Origin: Candidatus Nomurabacteria bacterium
GTDB lineage: Bacteria; Patescibacteriota; Patescibacteriia; HK-STAS-PATE-3
Direction: 5' to 3'
DNA: 64,000 bases
Assembly: GCA_023898465.1 (NCBI GenBank)
Contig: CP060223.1
Span: 864,001-928,000, forward strand
The notes beneath the pieces were generated by a model that saw nothing but the letters and a program-made list of their open reading frames with translations, searched no databases and had not been told where the DNA came from. A program made the position numbers and the translations under genes. Below are positions 21,601 through 28,238 of this stretch, one piece after another. Position 1 is the stretch's first letter. Each line of letters begins with the position of its first letter.

Positions 21601-22625
21601 TCAAAAGCCTTACGAATGGTTTGCACTACGTCATCTTGCTGCAATGTAAAGACGGCAATATAGCGACCGGGTGTATGAAAATTTTCCCTATCAAATGACA
21701 CTAGGGTTTGCTGACCCCCGCTCACTTTTTCTGCAGTAGTATGTACTGCGGGGTGATATTCCTTATCATCAGGATCGATGAGAGAAACGGATTGAATGTT
21801 GCGTTGGAGTGGCTTCACACCCAAGAAGCCAAACGATGAATTTTCTTCAGTTTGGATTTTTACTTGCGGAGTATCGAGTGAGAAAAAGGTTGTCGCGTCC
21901 ATTTGCACATATTCACCTAAGCGCAAGCTTGTCTTTGCTTCTCGTCGATAGGTGAGTTGGAGGCGAGCGCCATCAAAATAGGCTGTAGCTGAGTCAAGCG
22001 GCGGCTCTGGAATATATCGTACGCGCACCATAAAATCCTTCGCTTGGGTAAGTGCATCAATGCCATCGATGTGATAAGTCCAGTATCCACTGTGTCGTGC
22101 ATTACTTTGCTCTTCCAGAAGCGCAAAAGAGTCTAGGGAAATCCAATTAATTCCACCGTCAATTGAATACGCAAAAACTACAATATCCTCGTTATTTGCA
22201 TAAGTATTTGCCGCGAAAGAAAGATCAAGCATGGCATCAATATCAACTGCATCAGCTGGAATAGCATCAGAAAAAGCAAAATCCCCGCAGGTCAACCAAG
22301 CCTCGCCATTCTGTAAGGGCTGCGCATCTATGTTATCAGGACTGTTTTGAAACCAAGCCGCATTCTCACGCGTAAAATCGCCTGCATCAGCAGATCCAGG
22401 CAAATCAAGCTCCTGGGCTCCTTCGGTAAAATTCCATCCTTCGCAAGACCCGGGATTAAGTTGGACTGCACTTTCGCCAGCTACCAACATTTTTTGTCGG
22501 ACGTAGTAGGCGCTCTGAAAATCAACCGGCTGCAATGCGGGCAAAAGAAATAGTCCAGCCACAAGCAGGGTAAAAATACCAAGCAATCCTAGCGCTTGGC
22601 CGGTATGAACTACCTGCGTATGCAT
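12669..22625 (-). CDS. Giant (~3,318 aa) secreted surface protein: signal anchor, duplicated N-terminal domains, ~5 tandem ~180-aa beta-helix-like T/S/G-rich modules, and a C-terminal domain homologous to the three small paralogs
   Basis: A single uninterrupted minus-strand ORF. The ATG start is chosen at MHTQVVHTGQALGLLGIFTLLVAGLFLLPA; the track start at 22697 is a TTG. Recurring module ...L(T/S)L(N/D/S)G(T/I)ISG(S/A)G...Y...T..FPTTGT(I/F)S(A/V)NLRFD.... A ~110-aa segment (CS(T/A)SFTPG(I/V)DFA...NVGRSDAS) is duplicated. The last ~170 aa align to the paralogs at 9273-12609. Confidence 0.7.
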   Translation of the reverse strand: MHTQVVHTGQALGLLGIFTLLVAGLFLLPALQPVDFQSAYYVRQKMLVAGESAVQLNPGSCEGWNFTEGAQELDLPGSADAGDFTRENAAWFQNSPDNIDAQPLQNGEAWLTCGDFAFSDAIPADAVDIDAMLDLSFAANTYANNEDIVVFAYSIDGGINWISLDSFALLEEQSNARHSGYWTYHIDGIDALTQAKDFMVRVRYIPEPPLDSATAYFDGARLQLTYRREAKTSLRLGEYVQMDATTFFSLDTPQVKIQTEENSSFGFLGVKPLQRNIQSVSLIDPDDKEYHPAVHTTAEKVSGGQQTLVSFDRENFHTPGRYIAVFTLQQDDVVQTIRKAFDWGVVIMNDARSVYQLNDTAQLSLGFLDNNGRTICNADVHIETISPSGVHNDYALTEGIQRSEDCSPDVVSSVADYLASFPLDEVGEYRIRLDASSYAGTYRAQSTLEVVEQTNLQLTRIAPTRLVPKQSYDVFLEFVVGDDYIGTVVEPIPANLKISSVGQGGKQIGDELQWSVVWKKGESASLSYVVKAPEQTPQSFVLGPLRADGFAEFRNNQTYGSSWSEQHAWQLHVDERTNETPIFIPLPSSDDLSLETETQVIQADEEPVMKLKAMHPVETTKQSPVSTVLVKEVKLRTPVGEEIQSDPSEVLTAEGELELRFSEADFGRPGKYEVEIATTALGEDKVLTQTFYWGVVAVNVRQSLAPTNTAQKVHLAVVDDLGRTVCDANIDVTVTDPSGSASVFHTSDATIEKNPDCVDKSVTNEPDYSFFYTGTQEGEYQVDVQATTKDGTRQIQDHFSLADVVPFSVQRTEFPTRIYPPAQYPVQFTVQTSEGFQGIVTEEVPDTFAISAISGDGTVSDPQDGHRIIQWEVDWLAGEEYTLAYTFDAPNVSPFFYQLGPLQFTRRDESIAFTEARLWQIAADATKTWDGDGTTASWSECANWNNDTCPGTSDDIIFDGTSNDNSDWDTSAVATVASISVTSMSGSLTITKTPVTISGNFSHTSSGAVVYAGSASISVGGNYTMTSSGGLTSNTSTLTMTGTSNTFNTDQQHYNVVINPSSTGTITANTNDFTISNALTVQTSDTFSLDSAVFITLSKTTGTVLTLNGILSGSGWVSYASTTNFPTTGTISVNLRMDTTNGNPRLSGRTYGGSVEAYNSGSTARVMYMGSSSGQTVTIDGDLWINAAGTNYQYIYGTTYNPTVNIGGDLLYIGVGSGQEYILTGSGTWTVGGDIDFSNGNLSSSSGNLFVMTGTSNTIVADNRTLRNLSISPSSAGTITMQTSDFSISEVLTVSSNGELVIDSGRTVNLIRTTGTAISLDGTISGSGKVIYKTSELFPTTGVISALLQYYSGSADRTMTARTYQGDVEYYQGGLSSYKLILGSAASQTITINGSFLIYAQSSSATIDGSVWNPDLVIGGDLDREDGPGSFEHITTGSGTWSIGGNLDLRDPGATNIATGHTFVMTGTSGNIWANGATFYDLEIDPSSAGTITINDGVAVDNTLTVAANDEAALQSGSYFDLYNDTGTSLVLNGTISGNAYVYYYTPATFPSTGTMDANVFFYPTTADHTIPGRTFGGSIYIQADCGLSSREVNFGSAGSQTITIDGNLEIEGYSNCSVTVDAATNDPDVNIGGDLDFITGAGAGTETITSGAGTWTVSGSADFTNGTYTIEGTNTLVMDGSGTLTIAGNIYKNLTLSGTVTLSSESHNITGNLNMAGGTVTAGTSTVVMSGTAVTIVGGGNTLYNLTIDALFGGATTLQTSDLTVSGTLDVGSNDQLVIDTGRTLTHSGSTLTLSGIISGAGLLIYTSTTAFPTTGTFSANLRFDATSNNQTMSARTYGGYVELYNNAPFGGTTSVTGGSGSIIVSDNFTLNAANGSDIHFYGSTNNPTVTIGGDIDFTGVGTGTEDLEPGTGAWSVAGSIDFQDGTYSVVSTADLKMTGTAETFSGGGNSLYNFTVDPSSTGTITVQTSDVEITNSLVVSSSDTLSISSGRTVTWSGSSFTLSGSITGAGRLTVATTTTIPTGGTLSSVVRFDAGAGGNMTMPARTYGNDVEVYTNGTSFTSVLVDMGAGTHTISGSLIVTVEDNQVVALTGDNNDPDVSITGDVSYVKLGSSNGQIVTGAGTWSVSGNIDLSDGTTTISTGNILEMDGTSKTLTSATTALQNFDVTGGSISNTDAMDVNGTFDVSAGSFTADANVNMNIAGDFTLASGGLFTGPTGSGTMIFDADVFAYDNNATKQNQGNVQVGTSPDSLNLGTDMTYLSLTIAAGDTLYTNGYEMDINSTFTINGTLDATDDVETDETTINVAGSMIFGGSATFTADQSTVILDGSSTQTITSDGESFYNLSITNSSGSYSGCSTSFTPGIDFADSATVSNNYTITTNNVKVEYNSGSTYTITNINWSASTGNDIIFRNSNLSSGTWLLDVSGTQTAVSYVNVGRSDASSGDQIDASDGTNTDCLNNTNWLFAAGINLSGIAYTNEGTTPLDGSGVNKTVTLKVNGSGSYTDEITDSSGAWSITSVPANSTDIVTVYLDDETEEATTVLVSDGVAKTDIDLYQNTVIVRADTGSISNANLNTGDSGDDDIKYSVSGSAATFDSGFELHIWNGDTYAPAGNITTQAADVHIDNSTLSVGSSFVILGGGWNNDGTFSHTSGYVLFQAGSGTYDIDADGTGSDFFNNVEFNDSGGGAEWNLLTDMDVNGYLTIYGGTFDFNGANTLYVAGNFTNNDTIIESTGNLVLNATSGTQYIDTSEASSLAATNLNNLELNDAGGSATYKTIYPLDINGDVNITGGTFDLSGPTAWYLTSDTSGYGSSWRMKPVDPSGSSNDTTKCDDTGTGQSGYCTFVPGNTSTTWDGSIPSAITNTGWMLNNGQPITGTFAAGTWSVDITTVYTAGSCSYGRRQVNARLWKADADLANPVAISGWKNVNISTGTNDYAIFITGIPEETLTNQVLYVEFAIWLAIPSCGGSSPTQVALRVNEGGTKQKVNSTAFSPELTLAGDWANSDTFTHGNSRVVLDGSSLQTLSGTMTSASSFYDLAIENSSGSYSGCSASFTPGVDFAAAATTAGEYTITTSDVKVEYNSGSTYTMNDINWDGQTYGSEIIFRNSSLGSGTWLLDVSGAQTVKFVNVGRSDASGGDLIDSSHVSNIDCQNTTNWDFDAVQFSISDTSVGFGPLSTSGARYATGDASGTGTKTSAHTISVRTSADDGYALTYYGPLLTSGSDDINAATISNDDDGAPGSEQFGIACTTDGDATIASGYDATSPADYSFVANTTTTIASEAGSTATENFSIYYIANAAGTTPAGSYSTDITYVVTGKF

Positions 22626-22710
22626 CTGCAATTGTGCCTTCGGATTTTTCTTTGTTCTTTGACGTGGTGTCGGCACCGAAGCCCCCTCGAAAAGCAAAAA
22701 AAGTTGTTAC

Positions 22711-22719
22711 ATTATACCA
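22711..22719 (-). promoter_or_regulatory. Extended -10 element (TGgTATAAT) upstream of the giant surface-protein gene
   Basis: The minus strand reads aaaaaaTGGTATAATgtaacaac, about 85 nt upstream of the proposed ATG at 22625. Confidence 0.4.
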
Positions 22720-22825
22720 TTTTTTGCCTGTAACGTCGATTAAAGAAAAAGGGAATATAGCACCGTACTATCACAAGACAGCCATGCGGTCATGGAAGAG
22801 ATAATTTAAACAAAGTTCCTTTGTG

Positions 22826-23218
22826 CTATTTTTTCTCCTGGAAGTCTAGGGCCAGAGAATTAATGCAATAGCGTAAACCGGTTTTATCGCTCGGCCCATC
22901 GTTAAAGACGTGACCAAGGTGTGCACCGCATTGTGCACAAAGCACCTCAGTGCGACGCATACCCATACTCATATCCTCTTCTTCTTTTATCGCACCGGGT
23001 TTAGCCATTTCCCAAAAGCTTGGCCAGCCAGTGCCTGAATCAAACTTGGTGTCCGAGGCAAAAAGCTCATTACCGCATACTGCGCAATGATACATACCGG
23101 CAGACTTATTATGTAAATACTTCCCACTACCAGGTGCTTCTGTTCCTTTTAGGAAGCAAACATTGTACTGCTCGGGTGTAAGTTTTTCCTTTGCTTTTTC
23201 AATCTCTGGCTGATCCAT
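22826..23218 (-). CDS. msrB: Peptide-methionine (R)-S-oxide reductase MsrB
   Basis: Two CxxC pairs ([21 protein letters not shown]) and the GWPSF motif. Confidence 0.9.
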   Translation of the reverse strand: MDQPEIEKAKEKLTPEQYNVCFLKGTEAPGSGKYLHNKSAGMYHCAVCGNELFASDTKFDSGTGWPSFWEMAKPGAIKEEEDMSMGMRRTEVLCAQCGAHLGHVFNDGPSDKTGLRYCINSLALDFQEKK

Positions 23219-23222
23219 AGCT

Positions 23223-23675
23223 TTACTTTACTACAGCGCACCATCTCTGAAAAGTACTGTCTCCACTATGCCAGCGAAGTGAAAAATCACCTAATTTCAT
23301 TACAAATGGTTTACGATAAAGCGGATCAAGAAGAATAATCTCCTGCTGAGTAATTTTTTTTACAATAGCGTAATGACCAACATTATCAACGGGCTCAGTA
23401 AAATTAACAATGACCACGACGTCTTGTCGTAACGCTTTTTGAAGCTGAGGAAGGCTCATGCGTTGCCGCACCCTTGCCTTTGGAAAGTATTTTTTTAGAA
23501 AAGTGCGCATGTCACTCTGTGCGGTTCCGTCTTTCTTGGTGGTATGTACTTGCCTGGCAATTTCGACCTGAGTCATGCCAATACGAAATGCGGCCAAAGT
23601 CATTTGCAAAACAGCTGGTCCACAATAATAGTCATTTGGCTGCAAAAAATGAGGGATTTGTCTGGGCATAGACAC
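23223..23675 (-). CDS. Stand-alone peptidase C39-like domain protein
   Basis: [15 protein letters not shown] and a later conserved His region (VGHYAIV) are typical of C39 / C39-like cysteine peptidase domains. Confidence 0.5.
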   Translation of the reverse strand: MSMPRQIPHFLQPNDYYCGPAVLQMTLAAFRIGMTQVEIARQVHTTKKDGTAQSDMRTFLKKYFPKARVRQRMSLPQLQKALRQDVVVIVNFTEPVDNVGHYAIVKKITQQEIILLDPLYRKPFVMKLGDFSLRWHSGDSTFQRWCAVVK

Positions 23676-23708
23676 ACCCTACGGCTTCTCTTGTTTTTTT
23701 GCAACTGG

Positions 23709-24512
23709 CTAAGAAATATCCCGACGACGGAAGCGCCAAACTCCGAGCAAAGCACTGCTGATACTTATTGCACCAAAAAACCAGTACGCCTCTGCAAGGA
23801 TTTGACCCTTCACTAAGGCTAAGTTAGCGTCGAAGTAGTAGAAGAATGAAAAATATTTTACCCAATCAAATGTGTCAGGATTTATCTGCGCAACAATATT
23901 CAACACATACATCCCAACCAGACTCACTCCTAAGAGCATGTACACCCGACTTCGTTCAGAAAACCAAGCAGAAAGGGCAAAGCCGACGCCAAGTGTTGCT
24001 AGCCCAAATAAAAATCCTAGCACGGAAATAAGGATAAGCTTATCCAGTTGATAAGCCACTCCGTGCAACAGCGCAAAAGGAATCACGGTGAAGTTTGAAA
24101 AAATGACAAAGAGAAAGAGAGTAGAAACCGCGGTTAGATAACGCGACCAATAAATTTTTATCCGCGACAAACGACGAGCAAGGAGAATATCGGCCGTGCC
24201 ACGTTCTATTTCCCCAGCTAAGGCAGGGCCAGCCATGGTGGCCATAAGAAACAATACCAGCATCGGCCAGGTGAAAGAGTACTGCTCTGCTGCGAGATAA
24301 TTCTCTAGCTTGCTAAGATTGAGCTCATCAATACCAAAGGCCTGTAAAAACTCTTTTGGATAGCTAGAGAAGGCCTCATTGAGTTGATCGGCTTGCGCCT
24401 CAATCGAGGGATAGAGCGCGACAAACATCCACACAAGCAACGCGGCGGAGACAGAGAACCAGAATATTGTCCGACGTCGATCTTTTAAGGTTTGTAAAAA
24501 GAGAGTCCACAT
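23709..24512 (-). CDS. ABC-2 type transporter permease
   Basis: About 6 TM helices. Its stop overlaps the start of the upstream ATPase gene (24512/24514). Confidence 0.6.
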   Translation of the reverse strand: MWTLFLQTLKDRRRTIFWFSVSAALLVWMFVALYPSIEAQADQLNEAFSSYPKEFLQAFGIDELNLSKLENYLAAEQYSFTWPMLVLFLMATMAGPALAGEIERGTADILLARRLSRIKIYWSRYLTAVSTLFLFVIFSNFTVIPFALLHGVAYQLDKLILISVLGFLFGLATLGVGFALSAWFSERSRVYMLLGVSLVGMYVLNIVAQINPDTFDWVKYFSFFYYFDANLALVKGQILAEAYWFFGAISISSALLGVWRFRRRDIS

Positions 24513-24513
24513 A

Positions 24514-25389
24514 TTACGCCTCGTAATACTTCATAAAAATTTCTTCCAGCGTGGCATGAGAGATAACAATGTCACGTAAAGGCAGCTGCTGCATACGCGC
24601 CAAGAAAGGACGAATATCGCCACTGATATCGACCACATAGCCATGACTCGACTCACTATGCAAAGTTACCCCATCACCAAGCACTGCTGACTTATCCGGC
24701 TTCTCGCTAAACTGCAGTTCAACCTTATAGAGCTGTTTGGCCTTTAAGGCATCAATACGCTCGACGGCCACCATCTTGCCTTTACGGATGATCCCCACAC
24801 GATCGCAAACTCGCTCCACCTCAGCTAAATTATGCGAGGACATAAATATCGTTGCGCCCCGAGCAGAGGCTTCGCGAAGGAGTTCATATACTTCATGTTG
24901 CAGCAGAGGATCAAGCGCATTCGTTGGCTCATCTAGTATGAACAGGTCTGGCTTGCGCATAAAGGCCATAATAATCGCCAGCTTTTGACGATTGCCGGAA
25001 GAAAGCTGCTTTGCTTTGCGTTTCGGATCAAATTGCAAACGTTCACATAGGTCCTTCGCAATATCATGATCTCCATCCATGCGACGAACAAAAGAAAAAT
25101 GCTCTTCGCCTGTCCATCGATCATAGAGCCTGACTGATCCAGAAAGGTAACCAATGCGCTCCTTTAAGGCAACGCTATCCTTAACACTGTGTTTACCTAA
25201 AATGTGAATACTCCCCTCGGTTGGACGCAAAAAGTCCATCATAGTGCGGATAGTGGTAGTTTTTCCGGCGCCATTTGGCCCGAGAAACCCAAATAACTCG
25301 CCCTCCTGAACACTAAAGCTAATACCATCCACTGCTTTTACTGGACCATAGTGCTTTTTGAAATCTGAAAACACGAGTGCTTCTGCCAT
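24514..25389 (-). CDS. ABC transporter ATP-binding protein
   Basis: Walker A GPNGAGKTTT, signature LSSGNRQKLAI, Walker B ILDEPTNALD. Confidence 0.9.
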   Translation of the reverse strand: MAEALVFSDFKKHYGPVKAVDGISFSVQEGELFGFLGPNGAGKTTTIRTMMDFLRPTEGSIHILGKHSVKDSVALKERIGYLSGSVRLYDRWTGEEHFSFVRRMDGDHDIAKDLCERLQFDPKRKAKQLSSGNRQKLAIIMAFMRKPDLFILDEPTNALDPLLQHEVYELLREASARGATIFMSSHNLAEVERVCDRVGIIRKGKMVAVERIDALKAKQLYKVELQFSEKPDKSAVLGDGVTLHSESSHGYVVDISGDIRPFLARMQQLPLRDIVISHATLEEIFMKYYEA

Positions 25390-25580
25390 GACTTATACAG
25401 TAGCACTGCGGTAGGCAAAGCTCAATGCTTTGCCTACATAATATACAAAACGTAGCCCAGGAATTCATCCTGGGCGAAATGTGCAAAAAGAAAAGCCGCC
25501 TAGCACAAAAATATCAGGTATTACCCTTAGATCATGATAGCTCCAGTGCCGTCTTTGCATATTGCGAACACGTTGCTTGT

Positions 25581-26120
25581 CTAGTCCTTCAAATACTCCG
25601 CAAATTTCTGTCGTAACTTGGCAATCTTCGGATCAATCACTATTTGGCAATAAGGCTTATTCGGATTGCGGTCGTAAAAATCCTGGTGCTCGGCCTCGGC
25701 CGGATAAAACTTCTGAGCTGGCTCAATCGAAGTAACGATGGGATTCGCAAAAACTTTTTCCTGCTCCAACTTTTGTATCATTCCTTCGGCTGCGGCTTTC
25801 TGTTCTTCACTATGATAAAAAATAACTGAACGATACTCCTCGCCAATATCATTCCCTTGTCGATTCAGTGTAGTGGGGTCATGCGTTGCAAAAAAAACAT
25901 CGAGGAGACGCTCGTAAGGAATAACACTTGGATCAAATTCTACTTGTACTGCTTCAGCATGACCAGTACGCGATTGATGGAGAGCTGCATAATTTGGATG
26001 CTCCGTCGTGCCGCCAGTATAGCCTGATCCCACCTTTAGAACACCGCGCAAACGCTTAAAGACCGCTTCGGTACACCAGAAGCAACCAGAGGCAAATGTA
26101 GCTAATGCAGATGATTTCAT
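25581..26120 (-). CDS. msrA: Peptide-methionine (S)-S-oxide reductase MsrA
   Basis: GCFWC active site, GHAEAVQVEFDP, HDPTTLNRQGNDIGEEYRS. Confidence 0.9.
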   Translation of the reverse strand: MKSSALATFASGCFWCTEAVFKRLRGVLKVGSGYTGGTTEHPNYAALHQSRTGHAEAVQVEFDPSVIPYERLLDVFFATHDPTTLNRQGNDIGEEYRSVIFYHSEEQKAAAEGMIQKLEQEKVFANPIVTSIEPAQKFYPAEAEHQDFYDRNPNKPYCQIVIDPKIAKLRQKFAEYLKD

Positions 26121-26148
26121 ATGTATAGTCTACGACAGCTCGGTTATT

Positions 26149-26185
26149 CAAACAAGGAAAAGCCGGATTGACTATGCAATCCGGC
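26149..26185 (-). terminator. Rho-independent terminator (minus strand)
   Basis: 9-bp stem gccggattg/caatccggc with a 6-nt loop, followed on the minus strand by TTTTCCTTGTT. Confidence 0.45.
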
Positions 26186-26411
26186 CTGTAGGTCCGTTTC
26201 CTCCTCCAAAGAAACGTCTGATTTCATCCCACAACTCATAGAGCTGCATCTGGATACGTTCCCAGAGCGTCTCCTGCCTTGGCTCCGATTCAGGAAGATT
26301 ATGCCATCGCATGATTACCCCTCCACAATCCTCGAGGACTCGAAACGCATCTGCACACTGGCATCTTAATTTCTTTTGTGCAAGTCCGGATAAAAAGAAA
26401 GAGCGCCCCAA
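26172..26411 (-). CDS. Hypothetical small protein (79 aa)
   Basis: The ORF ends at the terminator hairpin. No family is recognised. Confidence 0.3.
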   Translation of the reverse strand: MGRSFFLSGLAQKKLRCQCADAFRVLEDCGGVIMRWHNLPESEPRQETLWERIQMQLYELWDEIRRFFGGGNGPTGRIA

Positions 26412-26480
26412 CCTGAGTTAGGGCGCTTCGATGCCGAAGCTACGAGGTGCTGTCCCTGATCCGGGTCATGTTGACCTCCG

Positions 26481-26600
26481 TCACCGCGTCTGGGCCGTCT
26501 TCACCTTGGCCTTCGTCGACTGGGCCGTCGTCATCCGGGTCGTCGTCCGCGACTTCTTGTTCGACTGCTCGCCGTGCTGGATCTGGGTGGACACACGCAT
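26481..26600 (-). CDS. Possible 39-aa highly basic small ORF inside a ~200-bp GC-rich island
   Basis: MRVSTQIQHGEQSNKKSRTTTRMTTAQSTKAKVKTAQTR. GGAGG lies 9 nt upstream of the ATG. Local GC is far above its surroundings. Below the ORF-track size cut-off. Confidence 0.25.
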   Translation of the reverse strand: MRVSTQIQHGEQSNKKSRTTTRMTTAQSTKAKVKTAQTR

Positions 26601-26706
26601 TTTGCGGTACCTCCTTGGACTCCGTCCATATCCCCCTAAACGCCGAGTGCGTCAGTGGGACATAAAAAGCCTAGCACAAGTCTCTTTTACCTGTCTATAT
26701 GGAAGA

Positions 26707-28008
26707 TTAGTAAGAAAACTCTTCGGAATGAATGCGGGAATTCTCAATCCCGAGCGCACGCAACTGTTTTCGTAACGCACGAATCATGGGCGGTGGCGCA
26801 CAAATGAAAATGTCTCTACCCTCTAGAGAACTGAGAAGCTGTTGTATCTGTGCACCAGTGACCAGGCCCTTTTCCTCCGAGCACCACATCTGTACACGCA
26901 ATTGCTCGTGAGTGGATTTGCTTAAACTTTCTAAGTCTTGTGCTAACACCGCATCGGCACTACTGCGCGTGCAATATAATAAATCAATCGAGTAGCCTTG
27001 TTCGTGGACTAAGGCTTGCGCCATGCTCAAGAAAGGGGTAATACCAATCCCACCAGCAATCCATACCTGTTCTTTTGCTTGGGCAAGTTGATGAGAAAAA
27101 GTGCCATAAGGTCCTTCAATCTCTGCAGTCGCTCCTAGGGCCAGTCGATGCAGCCCGTTAGTAAAATCACCCGAACGCTTGATATGCAAACTCAGTTCAC
27201 TTGCTTGTGGATCTGCAGTGATGCTAAAAGGATGCACTTCGCCACTCACCTGTGCGTCTCGAAAACTAATGAAGATAAACTGTCCGGGTAAAAAGTGCAT
27301 TTCTTTTTCCTGAGGACGCAGGACAAGGTGCGTCACCATATCACGCAAATTTTCTACATGCGTTACCACATACGTATAGCGATGAATAAGCCAGCGACCC
27401 AGCAACGTGTGGTAAAGATAAGCGAGTAATCCTAGGCCAGACAGGATCAACATATACCAACGCAAGGGCGCATAGGCAGCTACATCACTTGGAATGAAAT
27501 AGACATGCAAACTTGCTAAGAAAAATGCCAGACCCATAAACCGATGCGTCCATCGCCAAATATGATACTTGGGTCGAAAGTATATAGTGAGAGCAATAAG
27601 AACGACAAAAGTGAGCAAAGCCAACTTGCCCCACAGACGAGAAATAGGCTCAATGGAAAAAATAAAATGCACAATGCTGGAAAAATCCCAGCCAGCATAT
27701 TGTGGTATGAGTAGGATCGGGTGTAAGAGAAGAAGATAAAATCCATAGCGCCCGAGCTTACCGTGTTTTTCATAAAGCACGTGTAGTCCTCGTAGACCAC
27801 GAATGAGGAAAGGAATACGCGCACTCAAGATTAAGTTAATGGCAAACATGCTTGTGCCAATCAAGGCGAGTAGCCGCGAAAGGTCAGTGCTTACTCCCTC
27901 CACCCCGCCACTAAAACGGGGTAGAAAGGTGGGCGCCATAAACCAAAGCACAACAGGTACTAATGTGAGAACAATGATTCCATACCAAACTCTTTGCGCT
28001 TTTCCCAT
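26707..28008 (-). CDS. Membrane flavocytochrome: ferric-reductase-like (YedZ/NOX-type) transmembrane domain fused to FAD/NAD(P)-binding oxidoreductase domain
   Basis: N-terminal ~6 TM helices with conserved His. HPFSITADP is an FAD-binding HPFT-type motif. GGIGITPF is NAD(P)-binding. Confidence 0.7.
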   Translation of the reverse strand: MGKAQRVWYGIIVLTLVPVVLWFMAPTFLPRFSGGVEGVSTDLSRLLALIGTSMFAINLILSARIPFLIRGLRGLHVLYEKHGKLGRYGFYLLLLHPILLIPQYAGWDFSSIVHFIFSIEPISRLWGKLALLTFVVLIALTIYFRPKYHIWRWTHRFMGLAFFLASLHVYFIPSDVAAYAPLRWYMLILSGLGLLAYLYHTLLGRWLIHRYTYVVTHVENLRDMVTHLVLRPQEKEMHFLPGQFIFISFRDAQVSGEVHPFSITADPQASELSLHIKRSGDFTNGLHRLALGATAEIEGPYGTFSHQLAQAKEQVWIAGGIGITPFLSMAQALVHEQGYSIDLLYCTRSSADAVLAQDLESLSKSTHEQLRVQMWCSEEKGLVTGAQIQQLLSSLEGRDIFICAPPPMIRALRKQLRALGIENSRIHSEEFSY

Positions 28009-28238
28009 ATCTGTAATACTCCTTTGAAATACTATTACTTCCCTACTAGTATATCACGTAAAGGTAGGCGGGACTCGATTGAATCCCGCCTCACAATCCC
28101 TTGTGTCGATTGAGCGAACTAAGCGACTGCCCTCATCACCCTCCGATCGTTCCGGGTCTGCCATCAATGTATACAATGACTACGACTATCGTAGCCAAAA
28201 ACAGTATAGCAATACTTTATTGATAATAAAAATGAAGC

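Noticed and set aside
25405-25470. Perfect 11-bp hairpin gtaggcaaagc/gctttgcctac and a second hairpin cccagga/tcctggg upstream of the ABC ATPase gene
   Set aside because: No U-tract on either strand, so not a terminator. It may be a 5'-UTR structure but there is nothing further to support a specific function.
26431-26775. Plus-strand ORFs 26431..26775 and 26447..26665 in the GC-rich island
   Set aside because: Low-complexity Ser/Pro/Gly translation. They overlap the start of the flavocytochrome gene on the other strand and have no RBS.
28062-28092. T-arm-like hairpin ggcggga-N10-tcccgcc considered as a tRNA fragment or gene
   Set aside because: No acceptor, D or anticodon arms can be built around it. 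The loop is 10 nt. Probably a simple intergenic hairpin.
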